The notes under the pieces were generated by a model. It worked only from the letters and a program-made list of their open reading frames with translations. It searched no databases and had not been told where the DNA came from. A DNA stretch of 64,000 nt from an uncultured Acidimicrobiales bacterium (lineage in GTDB: Bacteria; Actinomycetota; Acidimicrobiia; Acidimicrobiales; VFJN01), in assembly GCA_963802385.1 (NCBI GenBank), contig CAWDIO010000020.1, positions 12,422 to 76,421 on the forward strand. The letters run 5' to 3'. Both the position numbers and the translations under genes were made by a program. Shown here one piece after another: positions 45,565-56,279 of the stretch. How positions within the stretch are numbered: the first letter of the stretch is position 1; every line of letters starts with the position of its first letter.

Positions 45565-48080
45565 GTGACCGCCAGCGACCCAGCCCCCGGCAGCCTGCGC
45601 ATCTACCTGGGCGCGGCCCCGGGCGTCGGCAAGACCTTCGCCATGCTCAGCGAGGGGCGCCGCCGCCGGGAGCGGGGCACCGACGTGGTGATCGGCTTCA
45701 TCGAGGCCCACGGGCGGGCCCCCACCGCGGAGCAGTCGGCCGGGCTGCCCGTGGTGCCCCGCCGGATGGTCGAGCACCGCGGCGCCCGCCTGCCGGAGAT
45801 GGACCTCGACGCGGTGCTGGCCCGCCGGCCGGAGGTGGCGCTGGTGGACGAGCTGGCCCACACCAACGCGCCCGGGTCCCGCCACGACAAGCGCTGGCAG
45901 GACGTGCGCGCCCTGCTCGACGCGGGCATCGACGTCGTCACGACGCTCAACGTCCAGCACCTGGAGTCCCTGACCGACGTCGTCGAGCGGATCACGGGCG
46001 TACGCCCCACCGAGACGGTCCCCGACGAGGTGGTCCGGGCCGCCGACCAGATCGAGCTGGTGGACATGACCCCCGAGGCGCTGCGGCGGCGCCTGGCCCA
46101 CGGCAACATCTACCCGGCCGAGAGCATCGACGCCGCCCTGGCCAACTACTTCCGGCTCGGCAACCTGGCCGCGCTCCGGGAGCTGGCGCTGCTGTGGGTC
46201 GCCGACCGGGTGGACGACGAGCTGGAGGGCTACCGCGCCCGCCACCACATCACCGAGCCGTGGGAGACCCGCGAGCGGGTGGTGGTGGCGGTCACCGGGG
46301 CGCCCAGCGCCGCCCAGCTCATCCGGCGCGCCGCCCGCATCGCCCAGCGCACCCGCAGCGAGCTGGTGGGCGTGCACGTCCGCACCGACGACGGCCTGGC
46401 CGGCGGGGGCGACGGCGTGGAGGAGCAGCGCCGCCTGGTCGAGGAGGTGGGCGGCACCTACCACGAGACCGCGGGCAACGACGTGGCCGCCGCGCTGGTC
46501 GACTTCGCCCGGGCCGAGAACGCCACCCAGATCGTGCTGGGCGCCAGCCACCGCTCGCGGCTGGCCGAGCTGGCGCGGGGCTCGGTCATCAACCGGGTGG
46601 TGCGGCTGTCGGGGCCGATCGACGTGCTGGTCATCTCGGCCGATGCCGAGGAGGGCGCCCGCGGCGTGCCCCCGGTGCGCCGCCATCCCGCGGCGCTCGA
46701 GCCCCGCCGGCGCCTGCTGGGCTGGCTGCTGGCCGCGGGCGGCCTGACCGTGCTCAGCACGGTGCTGTCCCACACCCGCGAGCACGTGAGCCTGCCCAGC
46801 ATCCTGCTGCTCTACCTGCTGCTGGTGGTGCTGGTGGCCACCGTGGGCGGCCTGGCCCCGGCACTGGTGACCGCGGTGGTGGGGTTCCTGCTGGTGAACC
46901 GCCTGTTCACCCCGCCCATCCACACCTGGTCCATCGCCGAGCCCGAGAACCTGCTCGCCCTGGTGGTGTTCCTGGCCGTGGCCGTGGTGGTGAGCGCGCT
47001 GGTGGCGGCGGCCGCCCGCCGCTCGGCCGAGGCGGCCCGGGCCGCGGCCGAGGCCGAGACGCTGGCCGGGCTGGCCGGCAGCGTGGTCGAGCCCGACCCG
47101 CTGCCGGTGCTGGTCGACCACCTGCGCCGCACGTTCGGCCTCCGGGGCGCGGCCCTGCTGCGCCACACCGACGAGGGCTGGCAGGTGGAGGCCGCCGTCG
47201 GGGCCCGAGCCGCCCACCGTGCCCGGCGGACGCGGACCAGACCCGGCCCCTGGGCGGCGGGCTGGTCCTCGCGCTGCGGGGCGGCGGCCTGGCGGCCGAG
47301 GACCTGCGGGTGCTCAACGCCTTCGTGGCCCAGCTGGCGGCGGCCATCGACCGGCGCCGGGTGGGCGCCCAGGCGGCCCAGGCCGCGGCGCTGGCCGAGG
47401 CCGACGAGCTGCGCAGCGCCCTGCTCCAGGCCGTCTCCCACGACCTGCGGACCCCGCTGGCCGGGATCAAGGCGTCGGCCAGCAGCCTGCGCCAGCCCGA
47501 CGTCGAGTGGTCGGACACCGACCGCGACGAGTTCCTCCGCACCATCGAGGACGAGACCGACCGCCTGACCGCGCTGGTGGTCAACCTGCTGGACATGAGC
47601 CGCATCCAGGCGGGCGCGGTCGTGCCCGCCTCCCGCCCGGTGGGCCTGGAGGAGGTGGTCCCCGCGGCGGTGGCGGGCCTGGGGCCGCGGGCGCAGATCG
47701 TGGACGTCGCGGTGCCCGAGTCGCTCCCGGCGGTGGACGCCGACCCGGCCCTGCTGGAGCGGGTGGTCGCCAACCTGGTGGACAACGCGGTGGCCCACTC
47801 ACCCTTCGACGCCCCGGTCCGGGTCGAGGCCGGAGAGGTGGGCGACCGCGTGCTGGTCCGGGTGATCGACCGCGGGCCCGGCATCCCCGCGTCCGAGCGC
47901 GAGCGGGTGTTCCAGCCCTTCCAGCGCACCGGCGACGCCAGCCGCTCCCGCGGCGCGGGCGTGGGCCTGGGCCTGGCCGTGGCCCGTGGCTTCACCCGCG
48001 CCATGGGCGGCGAGCTGGTGGTGGACGACACCCCGGGCGGCGGCACCACCATGGTCCTCGACCTGGCGGTGGCCCGGTGA
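45565..48080 (+). CDS. kdpD: sensor histidine kinase KdpD, one frameshift near 47210
   Basis: KdpD N-terminal domain LRIYLGAAPGVGKTFAML...ELAHTN, a USP domain, four TM spans, H-box AVSHDLRTPLAGI, and HATPase DRGPGIP...GVGLGLAVARG. Confidence 0.9.
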
Positions 48081-48766
48081 CCGGGAGCCGCGTGCTCGTG
48101 GTGGACGACGAGCCGCCCATCCTCCGCGCCCTCGGGACCAACCTCCGGGTCCGGGACTACACCGTCGACCTGGCCGCCACCGGCGAGGAGGCCCTGGCGC
48201 TGGCGGCCCGCCACCGGCCGGACGCGGTCATCCTCGACCTGGGCCTGCCCGGGATGTCGGGCATCGAGGTGGTGGAGGGCCTGCGGGGCTGGTCCAGCGT
48301 GCCGATCATCATCCTCTCGGCCCGGGGCGCCGAGCACGACAAGGTGGCGGCCCTCGACGCCGGGGCCGACGACTACGTCACCAAGCCCTTCGGCATGGAC
48401 GAGCTGCTGGCCCGGCTGCGGGCCGCGCTGCGCCGCAACGCCCCCGCCCCCGAGAGCGCCCTGGTGGAGACCGACGACTTCACCGTGGACCTGGCGGCCA
48501 AGAAGGTGCGCAAGCCGGCGGGCGAGGTCCGGCTCACGCCCACCGAGTGGGGCCTGGTCGAGGCGCTGGTGCGCAACGCGGGCCGGCTGGTCTCCCAGCG
48601 CCAGCTGCTCCAGGACGTCTGGGGCCCCCAGTACGGCGAGGAGACCAACTACCTGCGGGTCCACATGGCCCACATCCGCCGCAAGCTGGAGCCCGTCCCC
48701 TCCCAGCCCCGCTACTTCGTCACCGAGCCCGGCATGGGCTACCGCTTCGAGGGCGCCCACGCCTGA
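48077..48766 (+). CDS. kdpE: response regulator KdpE
   Basis: GTG 48077 overlaps the kdpD TGA. OmpR-family receiver plus wHTH (LTPTEWGLVEAL...YLRVHMAHIRRKLEP...EPGMGYRF). Confidence 0.9.
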   Translation: MTGSRVLVVDDEPPILRALGTNLRVRDYTVDLAATGEEALALAARHRPDAVILDLGLPGMSGIEVVEGLRGWSSVPIIILSARGAEHDKVAALDAGADDYVTKPFGMDELLARLRAALRRNAPAPESALVETDDFTVDLAAKKVRKPAGEVRLTPTEWGLVEALVRNAGRLVSQRQLLQDVWGPQYGEETNYLRVHMAHIRRKLEPVPSQPRYFVTEPGMGYRFEGAHA

Positions 48767-48778
48767 TCCGCGCTCGGA

Positions 48779-49168
48779 ATGCTCCCGCAGGCAAGGAGCA
48801 CACCGGAGCAGAGGAGATGGCCGGTGAACCTCATCCAAGCGAGCACGCTCCTGCTGCAACAGCAGGAGCCGGGCGCGGCCGACCCCGCGGCCCGGAACCC
48901 GGGCGACATGCTCAACGACTTCTTCGCGTCCAACCCGTGGCTCACCGCGCTCATGGCCGGCGTGGGGGTGGTCCTGGTCCTGTGGGTGATCCTGCGGGCC
49001 GTCTGGCAGGCCAGGGAGGAAGGCAGCGGCCGGGCCGGGCTCACCGCGGTGCGGGGCGCCCTGCTGGCCATGCTGCTGTTCATCCCCAGCCTGATCGGTG
49101 AGATCGCCAGCGTCGCCTACACCGGGGTGACGGCCGTGGCCGACTGGTTCTTCAACCTGCTCGGCTGA
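48779..49168 (+). CDS. small two-TM protein, VirB2/TrbC-pilin-like topology (start uncertain)
   Basis: Two hydrophobic helices (WLTALMAGVGVVLVLWVIL and ALLAMLLFIPSLIGEIA) joined by a charged loop. Alternative starts are ATG 48908, or ATG 48817 (good SD) in another frame. Confidence 0.4.
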   Translation: MLPQARSTPEQRRWPVNLIQASTLLLQQQEPGAADPAARNPGDMLNDFFASNPWLTALMAGVGVVLVLWVILRAVWQAREEGSGRAGLTAVRGALLAMLLFIPSLIGEIASVAYTGVTAVADWFFNLLG

Positions 49169-49195
49169 CCCGGGAGGACCGAGAAGGGAGGACCT

Positions 49196-49657
49196 GTGCC
49201 CGGCACCGGCCCGACCATGGTCTGCTTCAGCGAGGCGACCCGCAAGCCGCCGTGGCGTATCCGCCGCGGCGCGATCAACATCCCCGTGCGCCAGGCCGCC
49301 GGCTTCATCGCCGGTGCCCTCGTGGCCGCCCCGCTGGGGGCGGCCCTGACCGCGCTGGCCGGTTCGTGGACCTTCCTGACCGGCGCCTGCGCCCTGGGCG
49401 CCGTGGCCGGCGCCCTGGCCGTCACCGCCCGGCCCGGCGGCGAGCCGCTGCCCCACTACCTGTGGCGGGCGCTGTGGGCCCGCCGCGCCCGGGTCGAGTA
49501 CCGGGGCCGCAAGGGCCGGCTCTACGTGGGCCTGTGCCCGGTCCCCACCGACGAGATCTCCCGCGGCGACACGGTGCTGCTGCGGTCCTCGGCGGTCGAG
49601 GTCAACCCGCGGCTGGTGGGCGAGCGGGGAGAGATGCTGGACCGGAGGCGCCCGTGA
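49196..49657 (+). CDS. PrgI/TcpE (VirB3-like) family candidate, small membrane protein
   Basis: GTG 49196 after GAAGGGAGGA. The basic N-terminus, then two adjacent TM helices, then GGEPLPHYLWRALWARRARV resemble the PrgI-family layout. Confidence 0.4.
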   Translation: MPGTGPTMVCFSEATRKPPWRIRRGAINIPVRQAAGFIAGALVAAPLGAALTALAGSWTFLTGACALGAVAGALAVTARPGGEPLPHYLWRALWARRARVEYRGRKGRLYVGLCPVPTDEISRGDTVLLRSSAVEVNPRLVGERGEMLDRRRP

Positions 49658-52420
49658 GCCGCTCCCGGCTACGCCTCGGGCTCTGGGCACTGGCGCTGGC
49701 GGTGCTGGTCCTGCTCGGCGTGGCGTCGCCTCTCGGGGCCTCGCCCGACGGGCCGTCGGGCCTCGCCGCGCCGGTCCAGTCCGTCGGGCGCGCGGCGGCC
49801 AACCCGTGCGTGGGCGACGCGGTCCAGGGGATCGGGGAGTGGGACTGCCTGCCCTTCTACCGCTGGGCCAACGAGGCCGACAGCTTCACCTCCAACTTCG
49901 GCGCCACCGAGATCGGCGCGGCCAACGTGATGCAGCCGCTGGTCACCTTCCTCTACGGCATGGCCGGGCTGATGTGGCGCCTGCTCCAGTGGGTGACCCG
50001 CACCGCGCTGGCCTTCGACCTGTTCAACCGGCGCGACGGCGGCAGCAGCACCCCGATCGCCCTCCAGCCCATCGACGCCGGGTTCGCGGCGGCCGCCGAC
50101 ATCGTGCTGTCGGGGATCGGGCTGGCGGTGCTGGCCGTGGCCGCTCTGGTGGTGGTGGGCCGCGCCGCCCGCAACAGCGACACGCCGCTGCGGGACCTGG
50201 CCCGGCCCTTCCTGTGCTTCGCGGTGCTGCTGGTGCTCCTCGCCCGGTCGGCCCCCGACGGCGGGGGCGGGGCGCAGGCCGGCAGCCCGGCGTGGCTGGC
50301 CGAGCGGGGCGTGGGCATGTCCAACCTCATCGCCGACCAGATCAGCCAGGCTGCGCCGCGCCAGTCCCCGGGGGACACGCCCGACAACCTGCTCGACTGC
50401 GGCTACTACGTGAACGCGCTGCGCCAGTCGTTCGAGGAGGACGGCGACTACAGCGAGGACCTGGTGGGCTCGGTGGCGTTCCAGCCCCACCTGGCGTCGC
50501 TGATGTCGTCGCTGTGGGAGTCCGCCTACCTGGACCTGTGGATCGAGGCACAGTTCGGCAGCGACCCGGACCTGTCCCGGCGGGCCTACTGCCGGCTGCT
50601 GGAGGACAAGGCCGAGGTGGCGCCGTCCGACCAGGCCGCCATCCAGCAGGCGGCGGTGGCCGCCGAGGGCGCCTCCCTGCCCACGCCCGGCACCCAGGGC
50701 TCGGCCCCGTTCGGCCGCTTCAACGACACCAAGGACTTCCGCCGGGGGATGGTGGCGTGGGCCGTGTGCGGCTACTACCCCGACCGCTCGGGGCTGAAGG
50801 AGGAGGCCGGCGGGGCGCTGCGGGCCGGGTCGGGCTCGGGCTTCGCGGTGAACCCCGAGTTCCGGCTCATGTGGAACCTGGGCTCGCCGCCCTCGGAGGC
50901 GGCCGAGGGCACCTGCTCGGACTGGTGGGGCACCGACGGCAGCGGCACCACCAAGCCCGATCCCCGGGGCACCAAGTGGGGCGTGCGCGACGGCGACGGC
51001 CCCTTCCAGTTCGGCACCGGCGACGACATCACCGAGGCGTTCACCGTCTACGACGAGGAGCAGGTGGCCGAGGTGGCGGGGGCGGGCTTCACCGGGATGC
51101 TGGCCCCCTACGAGGACGCCGACCGCGAGAACCTGCCCGCGGGCCGGGAGTGGGTGTTCGCCCTCAACGGCCACAGCCTGACCGGCGCGGTGCCCCATGC
51201 CTTCCTCGCCATCGTCATCGCCGCCGTGTACCTGTGGGCGGTGGGCGGGCTGGCGCTGGGGACGCTGGTGGCCCAGTTCCTCACCGTGCTGGTGTGCGTG
51301 GCGCTGCCGCTGCTGCTGGTGGTGGGCATGTGGCCCAGCGAGGCCGCGGGCCGCATCTTCACCCGCTACCTCAAGATCGGCGCGGGCTCGCTGTTCGCCA
51401 AGGCCGTGTTCGTGTCGCTGCTGGCAGTGCTGCTCACCATCATCAGCGTCATCTCCCGGCTGGGCGAGCTGACCGGGGCGTTCGACGCGGCCGCGGGCGG
51501 GGGCGCCGGCTTCGGGGCCACCATGCTCCAGGCGGCGGCGCCGCTGGTCGCCATCATCGCCATGCGCTGGGCGCTCAAGGACCTGGGCCTGGGCAACGTG
51601 TTCAGCCTGCGCGGCGCCATGGGAGTCACCGGGCGGCTGGCCCGCGGTGCGGGCACCCAGGGCTCGATCGCCGTGCGGGGCGCGGGCGCGGCCGCCTGCG
51701 GGCGCCGCGCTCGCCACCCGCCGCCGGCTGGAGGACCGGCGCCTGTCCCGCCACGCCCGCCGCGCCGCCGCCCGGGGCACCGGGGACGGGACCGCCGCGG
51801 GCGACGGCGAGGGGGCCGCCGCGGGCGACGCCGCCGCCGCGGGCACGGCCGGGGACGGTCCCGACGATCCGGGCGCGATCGGCGATGGCTCCGGCACCGG
51901 CTCCGGCGGGGAGGGTGCCGGTGTCCCGGCCCTGCCCCCGGGCTCGGCGCCCCGCCGCCGGGCCGCGGCGCTGCTCGACGGCGTGGTGGCCGGGGCCCTG
52001 GCCGCGGGCCAGCGGGCCACCGCGCCCCTGGCCGGGGCCGTGTTCGCCTGCTCGCGTGAGGGATCGGGCCGGCGCCGCCACCTGCCCCGGGTGATCCCGC
52101 GCCACCACGGGCGGGCGCCCAGCGCCGACGACCTGGCCGGCCTGGGCGACGAGCACGTGGCCGGCCGGCACGCCCGCCACGTCGAGACGGTCGTGGCCGC
52201 CGGCAACGGTGCCGACCCGGCCCGCTCGGCCCGCCACCCGGACGTCCGGGCCGGCTCGTCCATCACCGGCCGTCGGGTGGGGACCGACGGCAAGGTGGTG
52301 GGCCTCACCGCGTCGGGCCTGTCCGTGCCCCTGACCACCCCCGGCTGGAGCCGGCGTGACGGGCAGCGCCTCGTCACGCCGTCCGGCTACCGCGACCCAG
52401 CCGCTGCGAGGACCTCATGA
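49654..52420 (+). CDS. large polytopic membrane protein, VirB6/TrbL-like candidate with disordered Gly/Ala/Asp-rich tail (one frameshift near 51700)
   Basis: GTG 49654 (GGAGG upstream, GTGA overlap with the previous gene). Signal peptide, about 7 TM spans around a ~400-aa soluble insert, and a low-complexity C-terminus. The stop overlaps the next ATG (ATGA). Confidence 0.4.
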
Positions 52421-53454
52421 TTGAGCCCACCACCCGGCCGGTCATCCGACCCGGCGACCTGCTGAACGTGTACGACTACCAGGAGATCCGCTACGAGTTC
52501 GCAGCGGGGGCCGGCCTGCGGCCGGACCAGGTCCTGATGACGCCCTACGGCTACCCGCCGCTGCCCCGGCCGCCGCTGGGGGCGCCGGACGGCACCGGGC
52601 GCCTGCCCGCCAACCTGGCCCTGGAGTTCGCCGGGCACCCGGTGTTCTGGCTCGACGACGCCACCAAGCGCCAGCGGCCCGACGAGCACGACGACGCCTT
52701 CGCCATCCGCCTGTTCCTCGAGCTGGTCGACCGGGGCTACCTGCGGGAGGACGACGGCTGGCTGCGCAACCCCCTGGTGGCCACCGGCCTCGACGTGCGC
52801 AAGGAGGCCGACCGGGAGCGGCTGCTGCGCTACCAGGGCGGCGACTGGGACCCCGTGCTGTGTGACGTGGCCATCCCGCCCAACCCCGACACCGAGCCCG
52901 GGTGGATCGCCCGCCGCGCCGAGCAGGTCCACGAGGAGCACGCCGCCGCCTACCAGGAGCTCATCGAGGTGTACCGCGACGTGGTGCGGGCCGCCCTGGC
53001 CGACGCCCGCGACACGCTGCGGGAGGCCGACTTCGCGGCCGAGTCGCAACGGCTGGTGGAGGCGGCCGAGGTGCTGCGGGCCACGGCCGCCGCGGGCGGC
53101 GACGCCCGCCCGGCCCGGGCCGCGTTCGACGACGCCTACCGCTGGCTGCTGGCCCGCATGGCCCAGATCGACGACGCCCGCACGGTGCTCCTGGTGGAGA
53201 TCGACCGCCGCGCCAACCTGGACGCCCCCCGGGGCGCGGCGTCGTACGCCGATGACGTCCGCATGGCCCACGGCGCCCGCTGCGCCGCCCTGGAGCCCTA
53301 CATGGCGGCCGTCTACCACGCCCCCGCCGACGAGCTGCGCCTCCGGGCCCTCCTCCTCGCGCTCCGCGACGCCTACCACGAAGCCCTGGCCACCGGCCGA
53401 AACACCCTCACCCGCGCCGAGCGGGTCCTCGGCGACGTCCTCGACACCGCCTGA
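52417..53454 (+). CDS. hypothetical protein, mostly helical, last gene of the four-gene module
   Basis: Uninterrupted 345-aa ORF, translationally coupled to the upstream gene. No family recognised. Confidence 0.55.
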   Translation: MIEPTTRPVIRPGDLLNVYDYQEIRYEFAAGAGLRPDQVLMTPYGYPPLPRPPLGAPDGTGRLPANLALEFAGHPVFWLDDATKRQRPDEHDDAFAIRLFLELVDRGYLREDDGWLRNPLVATGLDVRKEADRERLLRYQGGDWDPVLCDVAIPPNPDTEPGWIARRAEQVHEEHAAAYQELIEVYRDVVRAALADARDTLREADFAAESQRLVEAAEVLRATAAAGGDARPARAAFDDAYRWLLARMAQIDDARTVLLVEIDRRANLDAPRGAASYADDVRMAHGARCAALEPYMAAVYHAPADELRLRALLLALRDAYHEALATGRNTLTRAERVLGDVLDTA

Positions 53455-53467
53455 CCGACCAGCAAGG

Positions 53468-53564
53468 CGAGGCAATAGGGGCCGCCGGGCGGCACCGGAG
53501 GCAATAGGGGCCGGGGGCCGACCGCGATTGCCTCGAGAGCGCCGGCGTGACCCCTATTGCCTCG
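53468..53564 (+). repeat. 97-bp nested-palindrome intergenic repeat, copy D
   Basis: CGAGGCAATAGGGGCC..CGGAGGCAATAGGGGCCGGGGGCCGACCGCGATTGCCTCG..GACCCCTATTGCCTCG. Begins 13 nt after stop 53452-53454. Confidence 0.9.
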
Positions 53565-53659
53565 CCTTCCCGGTCGGTCCGGGGGACGTGACCGGCTAAG
53601 GCTTCGCCGGGTTCGGGGGAGCGCGGGTACCGTGGACCGGCTCGTCAGGAGGCCCCTTC

Positions 53660-55430
53660 ATGTCCCCACGGTTCTTCGCAGGGGTGGCGTGGCCTTACGC
53701 CAACGGCCCCCGCCACATCGGCCACGTGGCCGGCTTCGGCGTCCCCTCGGACATCTGGGCGCGGCTGGGCGCGCATGGCGGGCCACGACGTGCTGATGGT
53801 GTCGGGCACCGACGAGCACGGCACGCCCATCACGGTCGAGGCCGAGGCCGAGGGGCTGACCCCCCGCGAGCTGGTCGACCGCAACAACGCCCTGATCGTC
53901 GACGACCTGGTGGGCCTCGGCCTGTCCTACGACCTGTTCACCCGCACCACCACGCCCAACCACTACCGGGTGACGCAGGAGCTGTTCCGGGGCCTGTACG
54001 CCACCGGCGGGATCGTCGAGGTCCAGCAGCAGGCCGCCTTCGCCGCCTCCGACGGCCGCTCGCTGCCGGACCGCTACGTCGAGGGCACCTGCCCCATCTG
54101 CGGCTACGAGTCGGCCCGGGGCGACCAGTGCGACAACTGCGGCAACCAGCTCGACCCCGAGGACCTCATCGAGCCCCGCTCCAAGGTCGACGGCCTGCCG
54201 CCGGTGTTCAAGGTGACGACCCAGTACGCCCTCGACCTGCCGCGCTACGCCGGGCTGCTGCGGTCGTGGCTGGAGGCCCAGGACGACTGGCGCCCCAACG
54301 TCCGGGCGCTCAGCCTCGGGCTGCTGGACGACGCCCGGGTGCGGGCCATCACCCGCGACATCGGCTGGGGCGTGCCGGTGCCCCTGCCCGAGTGGGAGGA
54401 CGACCCGCTCAAGCGGATCTACGTGTGGTTCGACGCGGTGATCGGCTACCTGTCGGCGTCCATCGAGTGGGCCGAGCTGTCCGGTGACCCCGAGGCGTGG
54501 GACCGCTGGTGGCACGATCCCGGGTCCCGCCACGCCTACTTCATGGGCAAGGACAACATCGTGTTCCACTCGTTCCTGTGGCCGGCGATGCTGGCGGGCT
54601 ACGACGGACCGCTGTGCGACCGGCCCGACGGCGAGCACGTGCCCCTGCACCGGCCCGACGACGTGGTGGCCAGCGAGTTCCTGACCATGGAGGGCCGCAA
54701 GTTCTCGTCCTCGCGCCGGGTGGTGATCTACGTGCGGGACGTCCTCGAGCGCTACGGCCCCGACCCGCTGCGCTTCTCCCTGACCGCGGGCGCGCCCGAG
54801 TCGGGCGACGCCGACTTCACCTGGGCCGAGTTCGTGCGCCGCAACAACGACGAGCTGGTGGCGACCTGGGGCAACCTGGTCCAGCGGGTGTGCGCCATGC
54901 TGCGCCGCCAGGGCGGCGCGGTGCCGGAGCGCACCCGCATCCCCGAGGGCGGCGACGAGCTGCTGGCCCGGGTGACCGGCGGCTTCGGGTCGGTGGGCGA
55001 GCTCATCGAGCGCTACAAGTTCAAGGCCGCGCTCCACGAGGTGATGGCGCTGGCCCAGGAGGTCAACGCCTTCGTCTCCCAGCACGAGCCCTGGAAGGTG
55101 GTCAAGACCGACCCCGAGGCTGCGCTCGGCATCCTGTCGGTGGCCTACGACGCGATCTGCGACCTCAACGTCATGTTCACCCCGTTCCTGCCCCACGGCA
55201 CCCAGCGGGTGTGGGACAACCTCGGCGTGGCCGTGACGGTCCCGCTGCCGGCGGAGTCCGAGGTGGGCGAGGGCGAGGAGCGCCACCGGGTCATCCGCAC
55301 CGAGGGCTCGTGGCAGCCGTGGGCGTCCGTCCGGGTCGACCCGGGCACCCCGCTGGGCGAGGCCTCGACGCTGTTCGCCAAGATCGACGTCGAGGTGGTC
55401 GAGCAGGAGCTGGCCCGCCTCGCCGGCTGA
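53660..55430 (+). CDS. metG: methionine--tRNA ligase, one frameshift near 53765
   Basis: HIGH motif (PRHIGHVAG), zinc knuckle [18 protein letters not shown], and a KMSKS-equivalent KFSSSR. The N-terminal 35 codons are in a different frame from the rest. Confidence 0.9.
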
Positions 55431-55433
55431 CCG

Positions 55434-56072
55434 TCAGGCGGCCACGGCCTCCTCGGGGGCGCCGTCCTCGGCCGCGTACTCGTCGAGCAGCTCGTGCTCG
55501 CGGTCGCGGTGGGGGAAGCAGAGCCAGACGAGGACCATGCCACCGATGATGGCGACGATCCCCGCGGCGAAGGCCCAGTTCGACCCGTCGAGGAAGGACT
55601 GGCGGGCGGCGGCGATGATCTGGTCGGCGTACTGGGGCTGCTGCTCGGCCAGGTTGGCGGCGCTGCCGAACGACTTCTCGAGCTGGGACTGCACCCCGTC
55701 GGTGAGCGCCGTGGCGTTGGGCGCCCCCGCCACCACGCTCGCCATGGCGGACGTGTAGCCCGCGGCCAGCAGCGCCCCCAGGATCGACTGCATCACCGCG
55801 CCGCCCAGGTCGCGCTGGAGGTCGGCGGTGCCCGACGCCATGCCCGCCCGGGTCACGGGGGTGGAGGCGGTCAGCGAGCGGGAAGCGGGCGTGCCGGCGG
55901 TGCCGACGCCGATGCCGATGAAGGCGTAGGCGAGGCCGACGTGCCAGTACGGGCTGTGCTCGTCCCACAGGACCAGCATGGTCACGAACCCCAAGAGCAC
56001 CGCGGCGGACCCGCAACGTGTCGACGCCCCGCCCCGGAGCACGTGAGTCAGGTGCCGCACCGGGAACAACAC
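55434..56072 (-). pseudogene. C-terminal fragment of a DHA2-type MFS transporter
   Basis: Only the last ~4 TM spans are present (VGLAYAFIGIGVGTAGTP...AFAAGIVAIIGGMVLVWL). No upstream continuation in any frame. A VOC-like N-terminal fragment (VTIEDIQ...RDAEASAAWYVRVL) lies just upstream at about 56100-56200. Confidence 0.6.
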
Positions 56073-56279
56073 CTAGCCGGGATCGGCGCACGCGCTCGAA
56101 GCCACAGCACGCGCACGTACCAGGCCGCGCTCGCCTCCGCATCGCGCACCGTGAGCCCATTGGATGTCCTCGATCGTCACGTGCTCAGCCTTGCCGTTCG
56201 GCCGGTGGCTCGCCCGGCCTGCGGCGGCGCGTGGAGGCGTTTGGCGGGCCCGGGGAGGTCGTGCCTAGCGTGCCCGGCC

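Noticed and set aside
672-53564. The 97-bp repeats as a CRISPR array or as tRNA/sRNA genes
   Set aside because: The copies are dispersed 6-24 kb apart with no regular spacers. The fold is a long palindrome, not a cloverleaf. An sRNA role cannot be excluded but has no promoter evidence.
55291-56160. 289-aa minus-strand ORF spanning the metG / MFS junction
   Set aside because: Its translation is low-complexity and it is out of frame with the recognisable MFS C-terminal fragment. It contains only a short stretch that coincides with the VOC-like remnant.
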